Shown piece by piece: positions 19,971 through 28,531 of a stretch of DNA of 64,000 bases. The first letter of the stretch is position 1. Every line of letters starts with the position of its first letter. Both the position numbers and the translations under genes were made by a program. The stretch covers positions 1,760,001 to 1,824,000 of the forward strand of contig CBDCRP010000003.1 in the NCBI GenBank assembly GCA_965221165.1. The letters are read 5' to 3'. Under the pieces are notes generated by a model. The model was not told the DNA's origin. It did not search any database and was given only the letters and a program-made list of their open reading frames with translations. The stretch is from a bacterium. Lineage in GTDB: Bacteria; UBA8248.

Positions 19971-20936
19971 ATGAGCGAAACGATACAGTACGGATACGGC
20001 TACGGGATGCAGCCGGGCGCGCCTCCCGGCCACCTGGATTTTTTGGGCTTCATCGAAAAGGTGGAACGGGCGGGCTTCGATTCTTTCTGGCTCGATGATC
20101 ACATCGCCTTTCGCGGCAATTTTTTAGAAAGCCTCGCCGCTTTGGCCGCCGCCGCAGCCCGGACCGAGCGCATCACCCTGGGCAGTCTCGTCTATCTCCT
20201 TCCCCTGAGACGGCCGGCCATCGCCGCGCAGGCGGCGGCCACGGTGGATTACCTGAGCGGAGGCGGGCGCTTCATCTTCGGTGTCGGAATCGGCGGCGAG
20301 GAGGCACGGGAGTTCGAGGTTTGCGGCGTGCCCAAGATCGAGCGCGGCGCGCGCACGGATGAGGCCATCGCGGTGTTGCGCAAGTTGTGGTCGGGGGAGC
20401 GGGTGAGTCACGACGGGCGATTCTTCCGGTTTTCCAATGCAAGGCAAATCCCTCCGCCACCGAGCGCGGGCGGCCCGCCGATTTGGGTGGGCGGCAGGAG
20501 CGAGGCCGCGCAAAGGCGCGCCGCTTTGCTCGCGGATGGCTATGCGCCTTATCTCTTTTCCCCGTCGCGCTACGAAAGGGGCATGGAGTTCATTCGCCGC
20601 TGCGCCGCCGAAGGGGGCAGGGCGCTCGATGATCCCCAAAAGCCGTGGACGCCCGCGCTTCATCTGTTCGTGAACTTAAGCGAAAACGAAGATGAAGCCC
20701 TCGATGGTGGTGCGAGGAATCTCTCGATGCGCTATGGGATGGATATGCGCGAAGCGGCGAAAAGATATCTGCTCCACGGTCCGGTCGAGCGTTGCGCGGA
20801 GACGATTCAGGGGTTCTGGAAGGCGGGGGTTAGGCATTTCATCTTCAAGGTGGCGGCGTCCGCGGAAGAGGAGGCGGAACAGATGACGAGGCTGGCCGAA
20901 GAACTCCTGCCCGAGATGAAGCGCCATGCCGGCTGA
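19971..20936 (+). CDS. LLM-class flavin-dependent oxidoreductase
   Basis: GFDSFWLDDH, D.LSGG.GRFIFGVGIG, PPIWVGGRS motifs. Confidence 0.9.
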   Translation: MSETIQYGYGYGMQPGAPPGHLDFLGFIEKVERAGFDSFWLDDHIAFRGNFLESLAALAAAAARTERITLGSLVYLLPLRRPAIAAQAAATVDYLSGGGRFIFGVGIGGEEAREFEVCGVPKIERGARTDEAIAVLRKLWSGERVSHDGRFFRFSNARQIPPPPSAGGPPIWVGGRSEAAQRRAALLADGYAPYLFSPSRYERGMEFIRRCAAEGGRALDDPQKPWTPALHLFVNLSENEDEALDGGARNLSMRYGMDMREAAKRYLLHGPVERCAETIQGFWKAGVRHFIFKVAASAEEEAEQMTRLAEELLPEMKRHAG

Positions 20937-22587
20937 GGCGAGCGGACACGTCGATACGTTCGCGCGGGACAATCTTCCGCCTGCGTCCCTGTGGCCGGAG
21001 ATGGATTATGGCGTCCTGCCCGAACTGGCGGCCTATCCCTCCCGCATCAACGCGGGCGCTGAGTTGATAGACAAGATGGCCCAAGGCGCGCAGGCCGAGC
21101 GGCCCGCGATTTATTATGGCGGGGTTCTTTGGAGCTACCGCGCTCTTTTGGAAAACGCCAACCGGGTCGCCTCGGTGCTGTGCGATCGATTCGGCCTCGT
21201 GCCCGGAGGGCGCGTGCTCCTTCGCTCATCGAACCACCCGACCCTCGTGGCCGCGTGTCTGGGTGTTCTGAAGGCGGGCGGCGTCGTGATTCCCACGATG
21301 CCGGTGATGCGCGAGCGCGAACTGGCCTACGTGATCGAAAAAGCCAGGGTCGGGTTCGCGATTTGCGACGCCCGGTTGAGCGCCGATTTGCTCGTCGCCG
21401 CAAAGGCCTCGAAATCCCTTGAAAACGTCGTTCTATTCGGCTCGGACGAGGCGGACTGCTTGGAAGCGCTGATGGCCGAAGCCTCACCAGAATTCCGAAA
21501 CGCCGATACGGCGGCGGACGACGTGGCCCTCATAGGCTTCACCTCGGGCTCTACCGGCACGCCCAAGGGCACGGTGCATTTTCACCGCGATTTGCTCGCC
21601 GTTGCGGATACGTTTCCCAAATACCTCTTCGGCCCGGCTCCTGATGACGTCGTTTGCGGCAGCCCGCAGATAGCTTTTTTGTACGGGTTTTGCGCCTTCA
21701 TCACGGACGCCTTGCGGTTCGGCGCCTCCTCGGTTCTGCTCGAGCGGGGTACGCCGCGCGATCTTCTGGAGGCCATCGAGGGGTACAAGGCGACGGTGTG
21801 CTTCAGCACGCCTTCGGGCTACAAGCAGATGCTCGACATGGCGGAGGGGCACGAGTTAGGGAGCCTGCGCGCCTGTATTGCGGGGGGAGAGCCCCTGGAG
21901 CCTGCCGTGTTCAGGGGGTGGCGCGAGCGCACGGGGGTTTCGATCATCAACGGCCTGGGTATTTCGGAGCTTTTGCATATATTCATCTCGGCGAGCGGCG
22001 AGGCCATCCGCCCCGGAAAGATTGGCCGGGCGGTGCCGGGCTACCAAGTGCGCGTCGTGGATGAGGAGATGCGCGATACGCCCCCGGGCGAGGTGGGGCA
22101 GATGATCGTCAAGGGACCGACCGGATGCCGGTATCTCGACGACCTGGAGCGCCAGCGGAACTACGTGCGAGACGGCTGGAACATGACGGGAGACCTTTGC
22201 CGCGTCGATGCGGAGGGATACATCTCCTTCGAGGCGCGAACCGACGACATGATCAACACCGGGGGATACAACGTGTCGGGCCTGGAGGTGGAGGCCGTGT
22301 TGCTCGAACACCCCAGGGTACGCGAGTGCGCGGTGGTCGGCTCGCCGAACTTAGAACGCGGAGAAATCGTAAAGGCCTTCGTCGTTCTCTCTGGAGACGC
22401 CAGCGCAGACTCCCCGCAGGCGCAGGGTGCGCTTGTCCGGGAGCTTCAGGATTTCGTAAAATCACAACTCGCACCCTATAAATACCCCAGAGCCGTGGAG
22501 TTCCTCGAAAGCCTGCCCCTCACGGCCACGGGCAAGATACAAAGGGGCGCTTTGCGGAAACTCGAAAAAGAACGCGCCGGAGGCTGA
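20926..22587 (+). CDS. Aryl-CoA ligase, 2-aminobenzoate-CoA ligase-like
   Basis: N-terminal HVDTFARDNLPP, AMP-binding FTSGSTGTPKG, HIFISA, LAPYKYPR, TGKIQR. Confidence 0.85.
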   Translation: MPAEASGHVDTFARDNLPPASLWPEMDYGVLPELAAYPSRINAGAELIDKMAQGAQAERPAIYYGGVLWSYRALLENANRVASVLCDRFGLVPGGRVLLRSSNHPTLVAACLGVLKAGGVVIPTMPVMRERELAYVIEKARVGFAICDARLSADLLVAAKASKSLENVVLFGSDEADCLEALMAEASPEFRNADTAADDVALIGFTSGSTGTPKGTVHFHRDLLAVADTFPKYLFGPAPDDVVCGSPQIAFLYGFCAFITDALRFGASSVLLERGTPRDLLEAIEGYKATVCFSTPSGYKQMLDMAEGHELGSLRACIAGGEPLEPAVFRGWRERTGVSIINGLGISELLHIFISASGEAIRPGKIGRAVPGYQVRVVDEEMRDTPPGEVGQMIVKGPTGCRYLDDLERQRNYVRDGWNMTGDLCRVDAEGYISFEARTDDMINTGGYNVSGLEVEAVLLEHPRVRECAVVGSPNLERGEIVKAFVVLSGDASADSPQAQGALVRELQDFVKSQLAPYKYPRAVEFLESLPLTATGKIQRGALRKLEKERAGG

Positions 22588-22836
22588 GTCGGATGGATGG
22601 TTCCCATCTTCTCGGTGGAATGGCGCTCTCGCCATGAGGGGCTTTTCGCTCATGCAGGAAATGCTGCATGAAGTTTCCGAACCTTGCGGCGGTTTTGATA
22701 AACATGGTATTCTTTCATCATTATAAAATCATACATTTTCTTTCGGTATTGTCTTGTTCCGAGCAGGAGGAATCGAAGGAAAACCATATCTTCCCGATAC
22801 ACTGAGTGCGCCCCGCCTCGGGGCGTTGATGAGTCC

Positions 22837-23928
22837 ATGAAGCAAGCCGCGAATCCTGCGGCCAGAGTGGAGGCTGAAATCGTGGATAAAAGAACGAATT
22901 CAAGGGATATTCTCTTCAAATCGGCTTTGGCGGTTCTGCTGGGAGTGGCGCTCGTCTTCACGTCCGCCACGCCTTCCGAGTCGGCCGTCAAGCGAGTCAT
23001 CATCACCCAGGCGGTCGAGAGTCTCGCCTTCGTCGGCAACTACGTGGCGCGCGCGAACGGCTACTTCGCCGACGAGGATCTGGCCGTCGAGGTCATCTCC
23101 ACGCGGGGCGGCGGGCCGGACATCAAGGCCAACCTCGCGGGCAAGGCGGAATTCTCCGTCGCGGCGGGCACCTACCAGATCAACGCCGTCAAGGCGGGCG
23201 GACGCCTCATCGCGGTGATGAGCTGCCTGAACCGCAGCATCGTCAACTCCGCCATCCGCAAGGACGTCGCCAAGAAACTCGGCATCACCGCCAAAACGCC
23301 CTACATGGAAAAAATCAAGAAGATGAAGGGCTTGACCGTCGGGGCCACGCGGCCGGGCGCGCTCACTTATAACCAGGGTGAATACTGGATCCGCCAGGCC
23401 GGCTACACGCCCCAGAAAGAAGTGAAGCTCATCGGCGCGGGCGCGGGCCCCGTGCTCATCGCGGCGCTCGAGCGCAACAAGATTCAGATAGCGATCCAGA
23501 CCATCCCCGTACCGGAGACGGCGATATTCCGGGGCAACGCCATTCCCTTCGTCACGAACTCGGCGGGCGAGGACCCGAAGATGGACCAGTTCATGATGGA
23601 GGTCCTGCTCGTGCGGCCCGATTACGCCAAGAAGAACCCCGAGACCGTCCGCAAGGTGGTGCGGGCGCTTCTCAAGGCCAACAACTGGATTTCCAAGCAC
23701 ACCGCCGAGGAGATTCGCGAGAAAATCCAGATTTACTTCGCCAAGACCGACAAGCGGCTGCTGCGCACCAGCATCGCGGCGGTGAAGAAGGCCGTCTCGC
23801 TGGACGGAAAAGTCACCCAGCGCGCGGTGGACATTACCCAGAACCTGCTCATCGCGGCGGGCAAGCTCAAAAAAGCGTTCCCCAGGAGCGTCCTGGTGTC
23901 GGACGAGTATCTGCCCGGTAAGATGTGA
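22837..23928 (+). CDS. ABC substrate-binding protein, NitT/TauT (SsuA/THI5-like)
   Basis: Signal-like segment, GYFADEDL, TRGGG, PETVRKVVRALLKA; followed by ATPase and permease. Start uncertain. Confidence 0.85.
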   Translation: MKQAANPAARVEAEIVDKRTNSRDILFKSALAVLLGVALVFTSATPSESAVKRVIITQAVESLAFVGNYVARANGYFADEDLAVEVISTRGGGPDIKANLAGKAEFSVAAGTYQINAVKAGGRLIAVMSCLNRSIVNSAIRKDVAKKLGITAKTPYMEKIKKMKGLTVGATRPGALTYNQGEYWIRQAGYTPQKEVKLIGAGAGPVLIAALERNKIQIAIQTIPVPETAIFRGNAIPFVTNSAGEDPKMDQFMMEVLLVRPDYAKKNPETVRKVVRALLKANNWISKHTAEEIREKIQIYFAKTDKRLLRTSIAAVKKAVSLDGKVTQRAVDITQNLLIAAGKLKKAFPRSVLVSDEYLPGKM

Positions 23929-24005
23929 GCAATAACTTCTGACTCTGAAAACCGCCGGGGAAGGGCCGTTGAGTGCTCATCCCCGGCGGTGGAGATTCAT
24001 GCCTC

Positions 24006-24809
24006 GTGCCACCTATTCTCTCGATACGGAATCTGCATAAGGAATTCTTCTCGCGGGGAAACCGCGTCGTCGCCATCGAGGATTTGAGCCTCGACATCGA
24101 AAAAGGCGAATTTCTCACCATCGTGGGGCCAAGCGGCTGCGGGAAGTCGACGCTGTTGAACTGCATCATCGGGCTGGTGCACCCCACCTCGGGAACCATC
24201 ACCTACCGAGACAGGAAGCTGCGCGGCATCAACACCGAGATCGGCTACGTGCCGCAGTCGGACTATCTCTACGCCTGGCGCACGCTCATCAACAACGTCG
24301 CCTTTCCCCTGGAGATGCGCGGGGTCGACCTGAAAACCAGACTCGAGAAGGCGCGCGAGTTAATCCAGCGCGTGGGCCTTGCGGGGTTTGAGGATCACTA
24401 CCCGCACGAACTCTCGGGCGGAATGCGCCAGCGGGCGAACATCATCCGCACTCTTATCTACGACCCCGAGGTAATCCTCATGGACGAGCCCTTCGGGCCT
24501 CTCGACGCCCAGACGCGGATTATCCTTCAGGATCAGCTTTTGAAACTCTGGCGCGAAGCGCGCAAGACCGTCATCTTCATCACGCACGATCTCGTCGAGG
24601 CCATCGCCCTGGCCGACAGGGTCGTCGTCATGACGAGCCGGCCCGGCATGCTCAGGAGCGTCGCGGAAGTGAACATCCCGCGCCCGCGCGACGTGTTCAC
24701 CATCCACAGCGAGGAAGTTTTTCGCAAGACCTACGATCAGCTGTGGCAGGAGTTGCGCGAGGAGGTCCAGCGCAGCGAGGATTGGATGAAAAACGGGTCC
24801 GCGGGATAA
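24006..24809 (+). CDS. NitT/TauT ABC ATP-binding protein
   Basis: [43 protein letters not shown]; GTG 24006 preferred start. Confidence 0.93.
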   Translation: MPPILSIRNLHKEFFSRGNRVVAIEDLSLDIEKGEFLTIVGPSGCGKSTLLNCIIGLVHPTSGTITYRDRKLRGINTEIGYVPQSDYLYAWRTLINNVAFPLEMRGVDLKTRLEKARELIQRVGLAGFEDHYPHELSGGMRQRANIIRTLIYDPEVILMDEPFGPLDAQTRIILQDQLLKLWREARKTVIFITHDLVEAIALADRVVVMTSRPGMLRSVAEVNIPRPRDVFTIHSEEVFRKTYDQLWQELREEVQRSEDWMKNGSAG

Positions 24810-24835
24810 AATACGCGGATGAGGAGGGGATTGCC

Positions 24836-25933
24836 ATGGTCGACATGATCGATAAACCAGTGAGCGAGGACAAAGGAGCGAGCGAGCCGGTGCAGAGCGT
24901 CCAAGAGGTTCTCGCCCGGATCAAGCTGCCCAAGTGGGGTGCGTTTCTCCTGACGCTCCCCCTGCCGGGCGTTCCGCAACTCTGGCGAGGAGACTACCTG
25001 AGGGGGGCCCTCCTGCTGGGTCTCACCGTGGGCGGCTACATGGCCTGTTCGGTCACTGGCATGTTCTTTCACGCCATCGCGTTCGTGGACGTCTCCATCA
25101 CGCGCACCGGGCGCATCATCAAGAACTCGCGCATACGCATGTTCGCTTACCGGGCCTTTTTCGCGGGCGGTTTTCTGGCCATGTGGGAGCTCAGCGCCTA
25201 TGAGCTCGGCCCCAAGCAATGGCTCTGCGTGGACCCGTTCTGGTTCGGCTCGCCCGTGCGCGTCTTAAGCTATCTGGTGGAGATAACGCTTTCGGGCAGC
25301 GTTTTCATCGATACGTGGACGACGATGTACGAGGCGTTCCTGGGCTACATTCTGGGCGCGGCTTTGGGCATCGCCCTGGGCTTCGTGCTGGCGCGGCTGG
25401 AAACCCTGGCCGAGATACTCGACCCCTTCATCGTCGCGGTGAACGGCATTCCGCGCGTGGCGATGGCGCCGATTCTCATCATCTGGTTCGGCATCGGGGT
25501 GGAATCGAAAATCGTGCTGGCGGTGAGCCTCGTGCTGTTCCTCACCTTCATGAACACCTACTCGGGCCTGAGGGGCGTGGACCCCAACCTCAAGAATCTC
25601 GCCCAGGTGATGGGCGCGAACGAGATGCAGGTTCTCTGGAAGGTCACGCTGCCCGCAGCGATGCCCTGGATACTGACGGGCCTCAAGATAGGCGTTCCGT
25701 TCGCCATCATCGGGGCCATCCTGGGTGAATTCATGGCGGCGAGCCAGGGCCTGGGCTTCATGATTCAGCATACGAGCAACCTGTTCAACATCGCGGGTTC
25801 GTTCGCGGGCCTCATCCTGCTCATGTTCATCGTGCTCATCGCCAACACGGCGGTGAACTGGCTGGAGCGCTATCTGCTGCGCTGGCGTCCCAAACAGCAA
25901 GCCGCAGGCGAAGGCGCGACGGAGGTGTATTAG
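24836..25933 (+). CDS. NitT/TauT ABC permease with N-terminal extension
   Basis: IPRVAMAPI, WFGIG, EAA-like loop, GEFMAASQGLG; GAGGAGG RBS before ATG 24836. Confidence 0.9.
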   Translation: MVDMIDKPVSEDKGASEPVQSVQEVLARIKLPKWGAFLLTLPLPGVPQLWRGDYLRGALLLGLTVGGYMACSVTGMFFHAIAFVDVSITRTGRIIKNSRIRMFAYRAFFAGGFLAMWELSAYELGPKQWLCVDPFWFGSPVRVLSYLVEITLSGSVFIDTWTTMYEAFLGYILGAALGIALGFVLARLETLAEILDPFIVAVNGIPRVAMAPILIIWFGIGVESKIVLAVSLVLFLTFMNTYSGLRGVDPNLKNLAQVMGANEMQVLWKVTLPAAMPWILTGLKIGVPFAIIGAILGEFMAASQGLGFMIQHTSNLFNIAGSFAGLILLMFIVLIANTAVNWLERYLLRWRPKQQAAGEGATEVY

Positions 25934-25969
25934 GGTTCAAGGGTTCGGCTAGCGCCCTTTCTCGGCTTC

Positions 25970-26000
25970 GCAGGGGGTGGTTCACGAACCACCCCTACAG
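25970..26000. repeat. GTAG-type REP palindrome
   Basis: GGGGTGGTTC-AC-GAACCACCCC-TAC; reads GTAGGGGTGG on the minus strand, like the REPs at 45.8-46.9 kb. Confidence 0.65.
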
Positions 26001-26076
26001 GTCCAAAGCCTGAAAAATTTCTTCCCGATCGGTCGGGAGAATCTCTCCTCCTCCGGTTCGGCTTGTTCCCGAACGC

Positions 26077-26453
26077 CGTCATTCCGGCGCCAAACCCGAC
26101 CAATGCGGGGTTGTTGAAAAAGTCCCTTAAGGGAAAAATGCCTGCGGCGCATTCGTCGCCCTTGCGCGTAATACCTCCCTCGTCGGTCGGCAAACAAATC
26201 CTCGCTCCTCACCTCGGATTTGACATTCATCACTCGCGTCAAACACTCATTTCTCACTCGCGTTTGATCCGCGACGTATTCGCCGCCCTGGCGGCGAATA
26301 CCTCCCTCATCCCGAGTAGGCGCGCTCGCTCCCAGGACCGGGTTTTTCAACAGCCCCAATGCGGGAGGGATTGCGGAATCGAGAACCGGCGTGTTTCTCA
26401 TCCGCCTGGTCAATCTATCGATTGCACCGGCGTTCAAGCACTGCGGAATGACG
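26077..26453. repeat. CGTC-type REP doublet interrupted by a MITE
   Basis: CGTCATTCCG (26077-26086) and its exact complement CGGAATGACG (26444-26453); same head sequence as the REPs at 46115 and 46658. Confidence 0.6.
26107..26357. mobile_element. MITE, 251 bp, 15-bp TIRs, 5-bp target duplication
   Basis: Left end GGGGTTGTTGAAAAA, right end TTTTTCAACAGCCCC (14/15 complementary), flanked by AATGC at 26102-26106 and 26358-26362; no transposase inside. Confidence 0.8.
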
Positions 26454-26972
26454 ATCAAAAACGAAAATACAATTCTTCCCCGTCGCTCGGGATGGAGGCC
26501 GCATCTCCCCGCATTTGCGATGCCGGAGAGATTTCGGGGTTTCGGTATCGTGCGGCCGCGCGTGATGTCGCTGCGCGCAAGTGGATATCTGAAAATAAGT
26601 GAAAAAAGGTGAAAATATCTGAAAAAAGGGAAAAATAAACGGAGCGGATGTAGCCTTGTAAGGTATTGAAATAAAATGCTTTTTGATAAAAATTTGAGTG
26701 CATGTCGCTCAGATAAGGCACCAAAAAAAAATTTCAGCCTCCGCATTTGCCCGCAAATTCGATGAAACAGGCGCAAGGCGGCGCATTTCCCCGCAGGTCC
26801 TCCACCTCCCGTATCCCCCCGAACGGCCCGCCGCCCCAGCCCCTCAAAAACCGGGATGGATTCTCGAGCCGAAATGGGTGATAATGCGGGCTTCCAACAC
26901 CAGGAACAGTATTCAAGTTTCTCGGTTCGCATGAAGCGAGGGGCGTATCTTTTCCAACCAGGAGGTAAGCAG

Positions 26973-27944
26973 ATGAAAATGTATCGTACCTTGTGTCTTG
27001 TTCTGATAGCCGTTTTCGCCGTCGCATTCCCGCTGCAGTCCGCTTCGGCCGCTTATCCCGATAAGCCGATTCAGTTCATCATTCCCTTCGGCGCGGGCGG
27101 TGGCGCGGACATCGAGGGCCGACTGCTCGCCAAGGGGATGGCGAAAGAGCTCGGCGTTCCCGTTGTGGCCATCAACAAACCGGGCGCGGGCGGCGCCGTT
27201 ACCTATACCTTCGTGAAGAATTCCAAGCCCGACGGCTATACCGTGGCCTGGAACTCCACCTCCGTCCTCACCTCCACGAACATCGGAAACGTGCCTTGGG
27301 ACTACACGGCGCTCGATCACATCGGGCGGGTCCACTTCCAGCCCCTGGTGGTGGCGGTGAACGCCAAGTCGAAGTGGAAGACGGCCAAGGATTTCGTGGC
27401 CGACTGCAAGAAAAAGCCCAACACGCTCAAGATCGGCCACGCGGGCACCGGCAGCACCACGCATCTCACGGCCGTCGTGTTCACGAGCATGACGGGATGT
27501 AAGGCCATTCTCGTTCCCCTGGGCGTCAAGCGCCGCAACGCAGCGCTTCTGAGCGGCGAGGTGGACGCCATGGGAGCGCCTCTCACGGGGGCGATTCGTC
27601 TGGCGAAAGCGAACAAGTTCCGCATCATCACCCACATAACGGGCAAGCGGAACCCGGCGATCGTGGACGTGCCCACCATGAAGGAAATGGGCTACGACAT
27701 CTCCTTCGACCATTTCCGCGGCCTCAGCGTGCCCAAAGGAACGCCCGCCGCCGTGAAGGCGAAACTCGTCGACGCCATGACCAAGGCCGCCAACTCGGCG
27801 GCTTTCATGAAGCTTGCCAAGACGAAAGGCTTCACGATCGACCCGAGCGGGCCGAAAGAGTTCGGCAAAATGCTCGCCAAGCGCGACAAGATTGTCGCCG
27901 ACATCATGAAGGCGACGGGTATCTACAAGTCCAAGAAGAAATAA
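26973..27944 (+). CDS. tctC: Tripartite tricarboxylate transporter substrate-binding protein (TctC/Bug)
   Basis: YPDKPIQFIIPFGAGGGAD, NKPGAGG, KPDGYT, PKGTP motifs; GGAGG RBS before ATG 26973. Confidence 0.92.
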   Translation: MKMYRTLCLVLIAVFAVAFPLQSASAAYPDKPIQFIIPFGAGGGADIEGRLLAKGMAKELGVPVVAINKPGAGGAVTYTFVKNSKPDGYTVAWNSTSVLTSTNIGNVPWDYTALDHIGRVHFQPLVVAVNAKSKWKTAKDFVADCKKKPNTLKIGHAGTGSTTHLTAVVFTSMTGCKAILVPLGVKRRNAALLSGEVDAMGAPLTGAIRLAKANKFRIITHITGKRNPAIVDVPTMKEMGYDISFDHFRGLSVPKGTPAAVKAKLVDAMTKAANSAAFMKLAKTKGFTIDPSGPKEFGKMLAKRDKIVADIMKATGIYKSKKK

Positions 27945-28042
27945 TGGCGCCAATCGTGTGAAACATGGGGGCCGCCTCCCTCTGAAGCGAGGGGGCGGCC
28001 TTCATTTTCGGGGTTTTTTTCTCTTCGTGGGGCAGATTCGCG

Positions 28043-28525
28043 ATGGGTCTGAGAAATATCATAGGCGGGGTATTCATTCTCGGTTTTACGCTCTACTACG
28101 GCGGTCTCGCCACCCTGCTTCCAAAGCGCACCACGACCGACGCGCCTGGGCCCCATTTTTTCCCCTACCTGATCACCGTCTCGATACTCTTCCTCACCGG
28201 GGTGCTCCTCCTCCAGGGAGTGAGGGGACTGAAAGGATCCTCAGGCCTCGCCGATCTGATGCCTGAGAAATCCTCTTCGAATGAAAATTACAGCATCACG
28301 CGCGCAGTGGCCGGGTTGCTGCTCACGGGCCTTTATTTTTTTGCGCTTTCCATGTTCGGGTTTTTCTGGGCCACTCCCGTTTTCTTCGCCGCCCTCATGT
28401 GGGTGACGGGGGAGCGCCGCCCGCATATTCTTCTCGGTCTGGCGATTATCGTTCCCATGTTCTTGTTCTTTTTGTTCCGCGACCTTTTTCAGCTTCCCCT
28501 CCCGAGGGGAAGTTTTTTTGGATGA
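28043..28525 (+). CDS. tctB: TctB family small membrane protein
   Basis: PGPHFFP, GFFWAT, FQLPLPRG; between tctC and tctA. Confidence 0.88.
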   Translation: MGLRNIIGGVFILGFTLYYGGLATLLPKRTTTDAPGPHFFPYLITVSILFLTGVLLLQGVRGLKGSSGLADLMPEKSSSNENYSITRAVAGLLLTGLYFFALSMFGFFWATPVFFAALMWVTGERRPHILLGLAIIVPMFLFFLFRDLFQLPLPRGSFFG

Positions 28526-28531
28526 TGCAAG

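Noticed and set aside
25982-26932. 316-aa minus-strand ORF in the long intergenic region
   Set aside because: Runs through REP, MITE and low-complexity DNA; no recognisable domain or transposase motif.
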